From the NCBI GenBank assembly GCA_951406725.2, contig OX597829.1, forward strand, positions 32,488,001 to 32,552,000: DNA of 64,000 nt. Reading direction: 5' to 3'. This document shows positions 14,525-27,099 of the stretch, piece by piece (position 1 is the first letter of the stretch; each line of letters starts with the position of its first letter). Position numbers and translations under genes: made by a program. Under the pieces are notes generated by a model that did no database searches, was not told the origin of the DNA, and was given only the letters and a program-made list of their open reading frames with translations. The DNA comes from Octopus vulgaris (Eukaryota).

Positions 14525-14700
14525 CTAAGACACCTATGACAACAGGTATTGTTTTAGTCTTCAGGTCCCACATTTTGCTAATTTCTATTTCAAGATCTTT
14601 ACACTTGCTCAGTTTTTGGTAGGTCTTAACAGATACGTTTATATCGATTGGGACAGTCATATCAATGTAAGATTAACTATTTTAGGCCTCTTCATAAGTA
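14525..14700 (-). mobile_element. R4/Dong-type endonuclease fragment
   Basis: Minus-strand IDMTVPIDINVSVKTYQKLSKCKDLEIEISKMWDLKTKTIPVVIG. Confidence 0.8.
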
Positions 14701-14814
14701 CAATCATACGCTGAGAAACTAATATTAATATTTTCTTATGTAAAAAATAGAAGTCCTATCAATCAATCAATTAATCAAACCATCTATCTATCCATCCATC
14801 CATCAACTCCGTCA

Positions 14815-15330
14815 ACAATTCCTGGGAGGGTCGTAGGGGCTAAGTTCTCGTGTACCTCGTATGTGAAGCAACTGTTATTAGACTTTCCGATTGGGCTCCC
14901 AAGCGCGACAAACTGAGACTGTAGATACTATCCAACCATCTCGTTCTTAGTTTACTGCTAGGTCTTCTGCCAGATGTCTTGGCTTCATGAATCCAGCTTG
15001 CAATTCTTTCCTGTAACATTCTAATAACATATCTGTAATGCCGGAGCTCTGACCTCTCAATGTGGAAAAGTAGCAGCTCGACCTGTAGAGAATTCTTGTT
15101 CTCTGAGCTACCGCACCCTGTCGAGTAACGTTACTCCACAGACCCCTCAGGAGAACCCCATTTCGTCTGCAACAATTCTATTAAGGATCATACCGTTTTG
15201 GTCATTACCCAACATTTATGACCCTAGGCGAGGATAGGCACGAAAACCAAATTGAGGACAGCGATTTTGTTTTTTCCACTAACCTCCCTTCTTCTAAGGA
15301 TCGAATGCTGGAGCTGTTGCGCAATTCTAA
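14815..15330 (-). mobile_element. RTE-clade LINE 3' fragment
   Basis: Minus-strand VFVPILA*GHKCWVMTKTV, homologous to the adjacent plus-strand copy and to the RTE post-RT region. Confidence 0.75.
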
Positions 15331-15384
15331 CGTTTAATCTGCAATTCTAACGTCCAATTTAACGCCTTCCACCACACATGGACA

Positions 15385-15625
15385 GAATTCGGTTTCCGTG
15401 ACTATCCTTACCTATGGTTATGAATGTTGGGTAATGACTGAAAGAGTATAATCACGAATACAAGCAACTGAAATGGGGTTCTTCTCAAGGATCTCCGAAG
15501 CAACGTTACTCAAAAACATGCGTAGCTCAGAGATCAGGGAGTCTCTCCAGGTCGAGTCACTACTTCTTTGCATTGAGTACTCACAGCTGTGGTAATATGG
15601 ACGTGGGATTAGGGTGTCACAGGAA
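15385..15625 (+). mobile_element. RTE-clade LINE fragment (Rex3/Expander-like)
   Basis: TILTYGYECWVMTERV*SRIQATEMGFFSRISEATLLKNMRSSEIRESLQVESLLLCIEYSQLW*YG fits the RTE motif LTYGxExW..IQAxEMxFLR..QLRWxGH. Confidence 0.8.
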
Positions 15626-15645
15626 ATAATAAATGTATAGAAACA

Positions 15646-15679
<34 letters not shown>

Positions 15680-15680
<1 letters not shown>

Positions 15681-15835
15681 TGTGTGATGAGAAGCTTGCT
15701 TCCCAACCACATGGTTTCGAGTTCAGTCCCACTATGTGGCTGGCACCTTGAGCAAGTGTTTTCTACTAAAGCCTCGGGCCGACCAAAGACTTGTGAGTGA
15801 ATTTGGAAGACGGAAATTGGAACAAGCCCATCATA
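15680..15835 (+). mobile_element. SINE family A 5' portion
   Basis: GAAGCTTGCTTCCCAACCACATGGTTTCGAGTTCAGTCCCAC..GCACCTTGAGCAAGTG. Confidence 0.8.
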
Positions 15836-15853
15836 TATTTATATATGTGTGTG

Positions 15854-15974
15854 TGTCAGTGAACAGGTTGCGATTTCAAAACGATAAAAATATTTTGACA
15901 AATTAAATTCAACATTTAAATTTAATTTGCCAAAATATTTTTGTCGTTTTGAAATCGCGACCTGTTCACTGACA
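15854..15974. repeat. Near-perfect hairpin (56-bp arms, 9-nt loop)
   Basis: TGTCAGTGAACAGG..AAATTAAATT pairs with AATTTAATTT..CCTGTTCACTGACA with 3 mismatches. Confidence 0.92.
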
Positions 15975-15984
15975 AAATTCCGTG

Positions 15985-16033
<49 letters not shown>

Positions 16034-16434
16034 CACATACATACATACATACATACACACATACATACATACATACATACATACATACATACATACATAC
16101 ATACATACATACATACATACATACATACATGCATGCATGCATGCATATACAAGTTTCATTTAAGCATTTGAAGAAAAATGATGGAGAGGAGGTCATAAAA
16201 GAAAAAAAGTAGAACATAAAGTTGGTTCATCAGAAATCAACCGACTAAATTTCCGTACATGTGGTAAAACGGCTTATATATATATATATTGAAAGAAGTG
16301 CTTCCCTAAAAATATATCTACTTGCTGTGAAATAGGAAATAATAAGATTAAATATGGATAAATTCAAAATGCTTACTAACTCGAGATTCACTCCAAATCA
16401 ATAGACAAAGAAAATTAGAAATAGTAGTAGATAT

Positions 16435-16622
16435 TTTCTACAATAAGGAGAAGGCTTAAAATTTTAGTGCAACGGATATGTCGATTATATCAACCCCCCA
16501 GTACTCAACTGGTACTTATTGCATCAACCCCGAAATTACGTCGGGGAAATTTGAGTCAACGTCGGCGGAATTTGAACTCAGCATTTTGTCCGGTGTGCTA
16601 ACGATTCTGCCAGACCGACGCC

Positions 16623-16624
<2 letters not shown>
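16435..16624 (-). mobile_element. SINE family B copy
   Basis: GTCGGCGGAATTTGAACTCAG..TGCTAACGATTCTGCCAG on the plus strand. Confidence 0.8.
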
Positions 16625-16678
<54 letters not shown>

Positions 16679-16727
16679 GATGATGATGATGATGATGATA
16701 ATAATAATAATAATAGTAATAATAATA

Positions 16728-16773
<46 letters not shown>

Positions 16774-16781
16774 TAATAATG

Positions 16782-16871
<90 letters not shown>

Positions 16872-17015
16872 TGCCTGGTGTACCTTTATCAGACGGGTAG
16901 TCATGATGGGTATATTGGGCTTCGTATATTTTACCCCAGTGTCACTTTGATGGCATGCACTGCTCTCTCACTCAATAATAATAATAATAATAGTAATAAT
17001 AATAATGGTAATAAA

Positions 17016-17073
<58 letters not shown>

Positions 17074-17157
17074 TTAATAATAATAATAATAATAATAATG
17101 ATAATAATGGTAATGATAATGATGATGATGATGATGATGATGATAATAATAATAATA

Positions 17158-17194
<37 letters not shown>

Positions 17195-17223
17195 TAATAA
17201 TGATAATAATAATGATAATAATA

Positions 17224-17297
<74 letters not shown>

Positions 17298-17375
17298 CCT
17301 TTGCCCCAGGTATCTGGAAGACACTTGGTAAGAAATGGAAACAAAATTTAAAGAATTAAAACTCATAATAATAAT
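16624..17375. repeat. (AAT)n/(GAT)n array interrupted by two short inserts (16871-16973, 17297-17364), probably LINE 3' ends
   Basis: Long AAT runs; each insert runs straight into AATAATAAT at its right end. Confidence 0.8.
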
Positions 17376-17509
17376 GATGAACTCTCCCGTCGAAGACGAC
17401 GTATGAGAATTCAGGTTTTGTCGAACAACCTGTACAAATGATTTGTTTATAGTGATCAAATGTTCGTGCCGCATATTAGATCACTCTTTCCATCAAATCC
17501 ATGTTGTCT

Positions 17510-17664
17510 GAACAGATGCACGGTAAACTACGCGTCAGATGTCGAAGTGATCGCAGAGCAACGTGAAATGAAGTGCTTTGCTCAAGAGCACAACGCCCCA
17601 TCCGGTCTAGGAATTGAAATCACGATCGCAGGATCGTGAGCGAAACACCCTATCCACTAAGCCA
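17510..17664 (-). mobile_element. SINE family D (tRNA head with CORE-like body), partial
   Basis: GAGCAACGTGAAATGAAGTGCTTTGCTCAAGAGCACAAC is shared with the 57735-58247 copies. Confidence 0.75.
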
Positions 17665-17719
17665 TAGTAATGATGGTGATAATAATGCTGCTACTACTGT
17701 TGCTGCTGCTGCTGTTGCT

Positions 17720-18080
17720 GTTGAGCGAACGGTCTTCGTCCCTGTAGTAGGAGAAGTCCGAAACGTGGTCCTTTGCTATTTGTAAGACCCGCAGAAGAGA
17801 AGCAGGTCAACCCCCGACACCGAGAGCATCGACGGAAGAATGAGTGCGCATCCAGGCTCAGCGGTTGCGTAGGAAGTCGGGGACAAGAAACAGGAAGAAA
17901 GGGTGAGAGAAATTTGGGACGAAAGAGTACAACAGGGGTCGCCACCACCCCCTGCCGGAGCCTTGTGGAGTTTTAGGTGTTTTCGCTCAATAAACACACA
18001 CAACGCTCGGTCTGGGAATCTAAACCGCGATCCTCCGACCGCGAGTCCGCTGCCCTCTCCATTGGGCCATTGCGCCTCCA
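17720..18080 (-). mobile_element. tRNA-Arg-like SINE, family C
   Basis: Minus strand starts GGAGGCGCAATGGCCCAATGG..GCGGACTCGCGGTC; same head as 62519 and 45155; abuts a CAG/CAA repeat. Confidence 0.85.
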
Positions 18081-18507
18081 ATGCTGCTGCTGATGATGAT
18101 TATAGCATAACAGACCAGATAACTTGGTGTTTGAGAAGAGGGAACGAACTTGCTACATAATCGATGTAGCCTATCTATTTGATACAAGGATAAAAAAAAA
18201 TTTTTTTAAAATGTCAGCAAGTGGACCGAAAAGATTGGCTTTTGCAGAAGTACATAGAATACGTGCAAGTTGCCTGCTTGTGAGGAACAGCGAAGATCAT
18301 TTGAAAGTTTTGGGATGGCTGAGGTGGTGATCTGTTATCCAAGAGTAAACCATCTTAAATTTCATCACAGGAGTGAGATGCAAAAAGTTTGAAGCAAGCA
18401 AATAGCCTCAAACAACGTTCCACCATCTTAAAAAAGGCTGGCTAGAAAATGCAGTCCACTTTCCCCGAAAAATAAATCAGTTTAGGTGTGGCTTGAATGC
18501 TTTTCAT

Positions 18508-18864
18508 CATAGGTTTCCTTAAACAACAACAATAACAACTGTGATAGCAAAGGATCTCGGGATCTCTGGTCAGTGTCATTGGCTCACTGGTGCGTGCAAA
18601 AGGTGGAGAGCTTTAAAGCATAATTCATTTACATAATGAGTTACAAAAATATAATCCTGCAAGTAATGCTCCACAAAAGAGAGTTTTTTGCATTATTTTC
18701 TTCGTTTTTTAGCATTGACCGGACCAAATTCATTGCGATAGCAGCAGCAATGGGGACGTTTGCAAACGTAGAAGGTGTTGAAACGGAAGCTCGCCCCGAG
18801 GGAGGATCAGGTGAGATTCTTTCTTCCACCGATGTCATTAATAGCATAGGTTTCCTTAAACAAC
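18508..18864. mobile_element. ~320-bp insertion flanked by a 20-bp target-site duplication
   Basis: CATAGGTTTCCTTAAACAAC at 18508-18527 and 18845-18864. Confidence 0.7.
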
Positions 18865-19009
18865 CTAAATCTAGCCACCATCACCAAAACATTTGCGATA
18901 TTGCATCATCATCATCATTGTTTTGGTTTGGCTCAGGTCCGGTCTTATTCCTGGTAGGAATTATGTGGATAGTGGGTTATTTCCTGTAACCTTAGGTGTC
19001 TACAGGTTT

Positions 19010-19146
19010 TCAGCACTCGAGATCGACTTTACCTGTCATCCTCACGAAGTTGATAAAGTAAGTACCAGTTGAGTACTGGGGTTGATGTAACTGACTAGCC
19101 ACCTCACCCGAATTTGCTGGCCTTGTGCCAACATTTGAAATCAATA
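19010..19146 (+). mobile_element. SINE family B 3' portion
   Basis: GATAAAGTAAGTACCAGTTGAGTACTGGGGTTGATGTAA..GGCCTTGTGCCAACATTTGAAA. Confidence 0.7.
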
Positions 19147-19521
19147 TGTTCTGAATAGGGAATTTAGCTATTATTTCTAGGAAGGTTAGGCAAGGCTTAT
19201 CCTGTGGCTCTACAATGCTCTAAGATTTTTCTTGTTTCCTACTTTTTACGTGGCATTTCGCAATTTTTGAATTTCCAATTAACCCTAACGAGTAGCGAGC
19301 GTATAAATGTGTTTTTAATAATCTCTACAGAAAAGTGACGTCTGTTTCTAGTGTTGATTGTTGTTATTATTATTGTTATTAATGATATATCTTGTAAATT
19401 GTACACACGTACTTGTGGAGTTTAAGGAACAGGAAATACATATCTGAAGTAGCAACTATTTTTCTCTCTGCCTGCCTTGCCTGTCCGCGTTTTCAGATAC
19501 CAAGTAGGAAGAAATTTTGTG

Positions 19522-19524
<3 letters not shown>

Positions 19525-19605
<81 letters not shown>

Positions 19606-19875
19606 CATGCGCGCGTGTGCGTACGTGTGTGTGTGTGTGTGTTTGTGAGTATGTGTTTGTGAGTATGTGTGTGAGCTTTCAAGTGGGAAGTATGTGTGAG
19701 AGTTTGTGTGTGTATGTGTGTGGGTTTGTGTTGCTGTATGAGTGTGTCTTTGTGAATGTATGGGTGGATGTGTGTTTGATACCAAGTGCGGAGTATGTGC
19801 GAGTGTTTGTGCATGTGTGTGTGTGTGTGTGTGTGTGTGGGTGTTTGTGAGTGTATGTGTTTGTGTGTGTGTATG
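19525..19875. repeat. (GT)n microsatellite with degenerate GT-rich extension
   Basis: Direct reading of the sequence. Confidence 0.92.
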
Positions 19876-20783
19876 ATATTAAGTAGGAAGAACGTATGTA
19901 ATTTTTTGTGTATGTGTACGTGTATTTTGTTCTGTGAGTGCGTGTGTGTATTTGAGAGTTAGAGACCTAAGTGTGCTCTTATTGGTATATTTTAGCTGGT
20001 CCTAAGTAGATTTATACGCATGCGCACGCGAAGACACAGATACGTGTGCGTGTTTGTGTGTGTGTGTGCGCGCGCATTAGGTAAAATGTATGAAAGAATA
20101 TTTATATATAAATAGAGAAGTTGAAGATATTCCAATGTCTGTGATGTATCGTTTATATGTTATGTACGTATCCGCATGTGTGTGTATGTGCTTGTGCGCG
20201 TGTGTATGATTGAGGACATGTTAAATTTGAAGTGTTATCGAAGAATATACGAGTTGTTTTTTAAACCTATTTCAACCTTGATTGAGCAGACCTTTAATAA
20301 AAGACACAGCCATCCACTTCTAATACAGGTCGCGCGATAATGTGCTTTTAGATTTAATATATGTTCTACCTTTTTTGTATTATTAGAGTGTGATTTAAGT
20401 GAGATTTCGATGATTAATTAGTAGGCTGGTTGTCCCCGTGAAGATGTTGATAATAATGATGATGACGGTAATGATGACGATGATGATAATCGTGATGGTG
20501 GTGGAAGTATTGTTAGTGTTACTGGAGTTGACAATGATGATGTTCATTTGATAATGAAGTTGTTATTGTTGTTGCTGCTGTTTGTTTAGGCAGACCATCG
20601 TCCATCATGAATGACACGCATACACACACATACATATGCACACATTTACACATACATACACACACACATACACAAACATATACACACCTATATATATTCT
20701 GTTATTCTTTTGCTTGTTTCAGTCATCTGACTGCGGCCATGCTGGAGCATGTATGTATGTATGTATGTATGTATGTATGCATG

Positions 20784-20817
<34 letters not shown>

Positions 20818-20824
20818 TACACAA

Positions 20825-20904
<80 letters not shown>

Positions 20905-21899
20905 GTATATGTATATATATATATATTATCCGAAATATATAGTATTATATAGCCATCATGGCTGTTCTCACCAATCGATTTCGCACAAGGAATGCGATAG
21001 TGTTAGGTAACGATCCAATTATATAACTTTACACTCATCAGAGTTAGCCGATGTAGCAGGGAATATGGCGACTGCTCTCTATTGTCGGAGGTGAATTAAC
21101 AGCTTACATATCGGCTATGGTATAAACAACATCCTCTATGTGGTTGCTCGACCTACTAGAAATAGTCGCCAAATCTATCATAAATCTCACCGTTCAATTT
21201 GAAATAATAATAAAAAAAAAAAACATTAGTGTCTTACGTACCACTAAAACAGACGGAATGCCTTTTCCCACAATAGAAATGCTCAAAGTCAACAAGAGGT
21301 CAAATGACAACAACAACAATGTAAATGAAAGGAACTGTCAGAAATGAAAAGTGGGCTAGAGACAAGGATTGCTAGAATTTCACCTGAAGTTTTGGTGCCT
21401 TTTTAGATGAAATATAAAATTACTTTCTTATCGTTCAGTTCTATTTTTATCTATTCCTTTTCTTTCCTTGTTTTTAATGTCGTTTCTTTTATTTCTATTT
21501 AAAATTCTGTTATTCGTTTATTTATTTACCTATGTTTATACTGGTTCAATCGAAATCTTTAACAAACTCACTATTGAAGGGGTACGAAAACAAAGATACA
21601 CTGAAAAACAAATTAACAAACAAACAAGCCAAAATTACGAAACATAAAAATACAAAAAAAAAAAAGAAGCAAAAACTAAATAAAAGAAATAGCGGACAAA
21701 CTTTCGCCACTGAATCCTGTAAATCGTGTATGACATTCTTTCATTACGCCATTATGCTCAACATTTATTTTTAGTGGTTTCAATAATTTACTTCGACATT
21801 TTTTTTGTCAAGATGAAGGCCATTTCGATGGCGTTGTCAGCAATAGTTGAGCGCTATATTTACAATATTTAGATAAGGTCCCCACTTACTTTCTGATTT

Positions 21900-22028
21900 T
21901 AAAAATCTCACGCCGAGGTCGACGTTGCCTTTCATCCTTTCGGGGTCGATAAATTAAGTACCAGTGAAACACTAGGGTTAATCTAATCAACTTAACCCCT
22001 CCCCCAAAACTGCTACCCTTGTGGAAAA

Positions 22029-22030
<2 letters not shown>
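21900..22030 (+). mobile_element. SINE family B 3' portion
   Basis: GCCGAGGTCGACGTTGCCTTTCATCCTTTCGGGGTCGATAAATTAAGTACCAG followed by (TTA)n. Confidence 0.85.
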
Positions 22031-22062
<32 letters not shown>

Positions 22063-22181
22063 TAGTTTTATTTTTATAGCGTGCTTTCACTTCACTACCG
22101 AGCGCAGCTCTGTGTGCCTTGGGTATGTGCTGTGATTTGTTGTGATGACAGCACATACCCAAAGCATACCTATTATTATTA

Positions 22182-22240
<59 letters not shown>

Positions 22241-22580
22241 TTATTATTATTATTTCAAGATAAACAGCACATGAACTTGCAGATGGGGCCCAGTTAGAAT
22301 TTTCTTCTGGTCGAGTAACCCATCCCGCTCAAAAGGTCCCTAAATAAGGGTTGTTTAAGGATGTTGAACAAAACACCTATGTTTCCAGAGGTGAATCATT
22401 CAAACCCCAAAGAATTCCTCTCAACACATGGCTATGATGCTCCCCCACTACTTCTGGTCATGATCAGAGGTGCACATATCATCAGTCACTAAGGGACATG
22501 CTCAACTGGTTAAGGTCAAACAACTGACAAGCAGATCTGTGGTATTGAGCAGAATATTTGCTGTAGCCCTGCTGTTGTTG

Positions 22581-22652
<72 letters not shown>

Positions 22653-22759
22653 GAACTGTTATTCTGCTTTATCGCTAATTGATTCTCCACGTTTTCGTTC
22701 AGTTTAAATGGTGAAGTTTCAGAGGAGTGAGATGTGGTCATTTTCAAGCACTGAAGGTG

Positions 22760-23490
22760 GTTTGTATTCCCACCAGTTTTTTCATGGGGCAAATTCAGGT
22801 TTTTGCAAATTACCCAGTGAACATATTGTGCAGCTCTATCATGCCTGTTGAGGTATTCTGTAGGCGCTAGAAGACTGCACTTGGAGACAACATGATCAAT
22901 GGTTTCATTTTGTTGTTGACTTACACGACATGTTGGGCTACTGCCGTTCTTTAATATGTTGGCCTGGTAGTTTCTTGTTGGTAAGCATTAATCTTGAGCT
23001 GCTATGATAAAATCTTCTGTTTCAGATTTTAAGCCAGAGGCCATTAGCCATTGATGGGTCAGGGCTTTGTTAACATCTGCATTATTCGCTCTCTTTGGGT
23101 ATTTGCCATAGAGAGGTTTTTCTTGCCATTTATCATTCAGAATATCTAATGTCGCAGTTTTAGCACGGGTTTTCACGCGCTTAGCTTTTTCTGTGCTTGT
23201 TTCTTGTATGTCTAATTCCGAAATTTGTTGTATTCGGAATTCACTTAGATATTCCTTTGCCTGTTTTGTTACTGAGCATGATGCTTTCTTGTTTTCATGT
23301 TTTGAGACAAGTTTTAACATCCAATCCTCAGAGTTTTTCAGGTAGGTGTCTAGGCCAATTGTAGCAATCTTCATTGTTATTGCCAGTTGTAAAAGTCCAC
23401 GGCCTCCCTCTTTTCTTGGCAGATAAAGTCGTTCTGTATCTGCCTTAGGGTGGTGCATTGTCAACAGTTTTCGTATTTTTCTGTCAATCA
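22760..23490 (-). mobile_element. R4/Dong-clade LINE fragment (post-RT region and zinc knuckle)
   Basis: ORF 22988-23491 IDRKIRKLLTMHHPKADTERLYLPRKEGGRGL..GLKSETEDFIIAAQD, continuing past a stop as LPTRNY..TCRV..ETIDHVVSKC..YLNRHD..VHWVIC. Confidence 0.92.
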
Positions 23491-23509
23491 TTATTATTAT
23501 TATTATTAT

Positions 23510-23578
<69 letters not shown>

Positions 23579-24211
23579 TATTATTATTATTATTATTGCT
23601 ATTAGGTTTCATAAGTGCAGCGAAAGGAAATCAGTATATGTATTATTTTACGTACTACAAATTGGACGACTTCGCCATTTCGCCATACGAGTTGGAGAAA
23701 TTCCATTAAGTGATTAGTTTCAATTATACAAATAAGCTTAAAACGTTAACTGGAAATAGTATTAGTATTTTTTTTTTAAAGCTACATAGAGTGCTGGATT
23801 ACTAGTCCTATACTACATTTCACTTATTAGTAATGTAACAACTAACTAAACATGAAAAACAAATAAATTTATTAGAAGGGAGAACTAAGAATAGAATAAA
23901 AAAAAATGAGCTCCTACAGTAACCAGGGATGAAGAACTCCTAATATAAGAAAACATTAAGAACTAAGAATATATAACCAAAGCTGAAGAACTAAAAATAT
24001 TACTGATGTTGAATAAGAAATAAAACAAAAGCTAAGATGAGAAGCTAAGGATATAACAAAATATAATAAAGTATAACCTAAGATAAAGAACCAGTAGTTC
24101 TCACCAAAGATTAAAACAAAGCATGAACATAAAAATAAAGACTCCAACGAAGAATATAAACAATTTTGAATAACCAAGAATATAACTAAAAACAAAATCC
24201 AATATAAACGT

Positions 24212-24613
24212 AGATAGATAAGTAGGAAAAAAGAACCCCGACAATTAAGAAGCAACAATATAACCAGAAATGATGAACCAAATATATGATAAAAGATGGG
24301 AAAAAAAGGGAGAGGGTATCAAATAAAAATTTAACAAAAAAATTGAGATGCAAGACCCTCCACAATCGAATTTAACCACAGAATGAGCTCGAAGTAGAAT
24401 GTACACACTGCAAGATAGATAAGTAGGAAAAAAGAACCCCGACAATTAAGAAGCAACAATATAACCAGAAATGATGAACCAAATATATGATAAAAGATGG
24501 GAAAAAAAGGGAGAGGGTATCAAATAAAAATTTAACAAAAAAATTGAGATGCAAAACCCTCCACAATCGAATTTAACCACAGAATGAGCTCGAAGTAGAA
24601 TGTACACACTGCA
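24212..24613. repeat. 201-bp tandem duplication
   Basis: AGATAGATAAGTAGGAAAAAAGAACCCC..GTACACACTGCA at 24212 and 24413; one visible mismatch. Confidence 0.93.
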
Positions 24614-25215
24614 AAATACTTAAATAGATTGTGAAAGATTGGAACAAAAGTAAAAACCAGATGAAGGAAAAAATGAAGACAGTGAAGGATGGCAAGAGAC
24701 GAAGGCAACTGCGGGAGATCAACAAGGAATAATAACAATTGCAACAATCAACTAGAAATGTTAAAGCACCTTTAAAACACAAAGAGATAAGGCAAATAAT
24801 CTCTATACACGCACGCACGCACGCGCGCACACACACACACGCATACACACACGCACACACATGCACACACACACACACAAGTCTGTATATATACGTGTGT
24901 ATGCGCGCGCACGTTTGTGAGTGTGCGAGCTGTGTGTAATATATGCGTACACACACATACGCAGATACAAGCACACTTATACACATATAGAAACACGTAC
25001 ATACACATGCAATAGATGTTTATAAGTCCACGTGGTATGATTCCAAACGACGAGAGACCAGATTAAACGCATCACACACAGCGCTACAAATATTAAATTT
25101 GTAGAGCTCTGCAACATTTTCTTTTTCTTCTTTCCCCCAACACCACCTCTCTCCTTTCTCTTTTTACTCTTGGTACGGTGCATACTTTTTGTTTATAAGC
25201 TTTTCGTTCTTTTTA

Positions 25216-25267
<52 letters not shown>

Positions 25268-25281
25268 TGTATGTATGTATG

Positions 25282-25332
<51 letters not shown>

Positions 25333-25681
25333 ATGTTCCTTATCTATGTCTTCAGTAATACCTACTCACCTAGGCAATCTTTTAATTATTTGATATCTTA
25401 ATAGGTAAAATGTCTAACATGGCTATCCGTTCCACAAATCACCTTTTTCAAACTAAACAAAACATCAACGCAAGTACACTCTCAGATCATTTCTTTCTTT
25501 TTTTTTTTTTTTTTCAAGTTATTCTGTTGGTATTGTACATCTTAGGTTATGAAAAAAAAGAAAGAACATTGCTGAAAACTATGTATGCACGAGTGGAGTA
25601 TGAGCAACAACACGGATTGACAAATGAGAAAAAAGTCCCAACAGGCCAAGCATTAGATCAACACACACACACACATACACT

Positions 25682-25748
<67 letters not shown>

Positions 25749-26560
25749 ACACGGACACGCGCGCGTGGACATGTAGGTATATAATACACATATTCAAACA
25801 CTGACACGCAAACACATGTACGAACATATAAATACAGATATTTTTACACTTATACATTGATATACACTTACAAATACACAATAAAAAAAAACAACATAGT
25901 AGTGGTTGAGGAGGATTTTTATCACTATCTCTTGTTACATATACACACATGCATAGTTACAGTATCATGTATTGATATTTATGGATAACAACGTATCTTT
26001 TATACATGTTTTATTTTTTAAAAAAAGCGACTATGACTCGGTTTATCTTTTTATAAAGATTTTTCGTTTTTCCGCGTAAGTCTTTTGCGGTTTGTTTGGA
26101 AGTTCTTACAACCACAATCAACGTTTCTAGACTTGCACAGGATCATCATTAGGATATAAAATATATTTGGCTTCTTTATTACCGCTTTCATAGCGGTCGA
26201 ATTTACGTAGACTTTACCAACGAGAATTTTGATCATTAGGTTACATCCATACATTATAAAATTTCTTAGAAAAATAGACTATTTATTATGGGAGCAACGC
26301 TATCATAACACAATCCAAAAATAAACACATAAATATCATCCATCAGAGAGGTTAAAAGAGAGATGGGAGGGGAGGAGAGTAATAAGTTCTATATTATGCA
26401 GGTACATTCGTACACATACAGACACGCCTTATGAACAAATATTTGAGTTCATATAAGGCACACCTTCCAACTGCAGTTTTCTAGGGTTACAGATCTATTG
26501 TTAGCATTGCATTCAAGTGTGTTGTGTTACGTTAGTGAAACAACAGGTTCTGTCACTTAC

Positions 26561-26681
26561 CTCCAGATAATAATTGTGATCACGTTCTTTTGATGTCAAA
26601 GCACTTGCAATGGAGAATACCAATCCAAGGGCAATAATGATAAGAGCATAGAGGCAGCACACCAATTTTGTCAAAGCAGAT
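26561..26681 (-). CDS. OTOP: Coding exon (121 nt) of a probable otopetrin-family proton channel, first transmembrane helix
   Basis: Acceptor TTTATTTCGCCAG and donor GAG|GTAAGT; phase-2 frame reads (R)SALTKLVCCLYALIIIALGLVFSIASALTSKERDHNYYLE, which fits my recollection of invertebrate otopetrin TM1 (ALxxxLSxLYAxLLVxLGLxF..xYE). In frame with the 34443-34647 exon. Confidence 0.68.
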
Positions 26682-27099
26682 CTGGCGAAATAAATAATAA
26701 TAATAATAATGATAATAATGGTAATAATGATGATGATGATGATGATGATGAGGAGGAGGAGGAGGGGAAAATTTTGACAATTTTTCGTGGTAGTGTGAGT
26801 CAGTCGATACGTTGTCTAGTATTTTATTTTACCAACACAAAAGGATGAAAGACAAAGTTGAAAGCATAACGACGCCCTCCACCTAATTTAGGTACAAGGC
26901 CAGCAACTTTGAGATGGGTTTGTTTTGCCGATACCATCGACCCAAGTACTTTTGGCTGGTAATTTATTTCATCAACATGCTGAATATTTTTTCTTGCTCG
27001 AAATTATATACATGACATTGAAAATTTTATGCATAGCTGTCAAGGTTTTGCGAATAAATGAATAGAGAAAAGAAAAAGGAACACGTATGCAAAGAAATA

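Noticed and set aside
16478-17474. Poly-N, poly-I, poly-L and poly-Y ORFs
   Set aside because: Reading frames of (AAT)n arrays; no splice signals or domain content.
25372-25453. Possible minus-strand exon with a GTGAGT donor
   Set aside because: Stops in all three frames; cannot be supported without transcript data.
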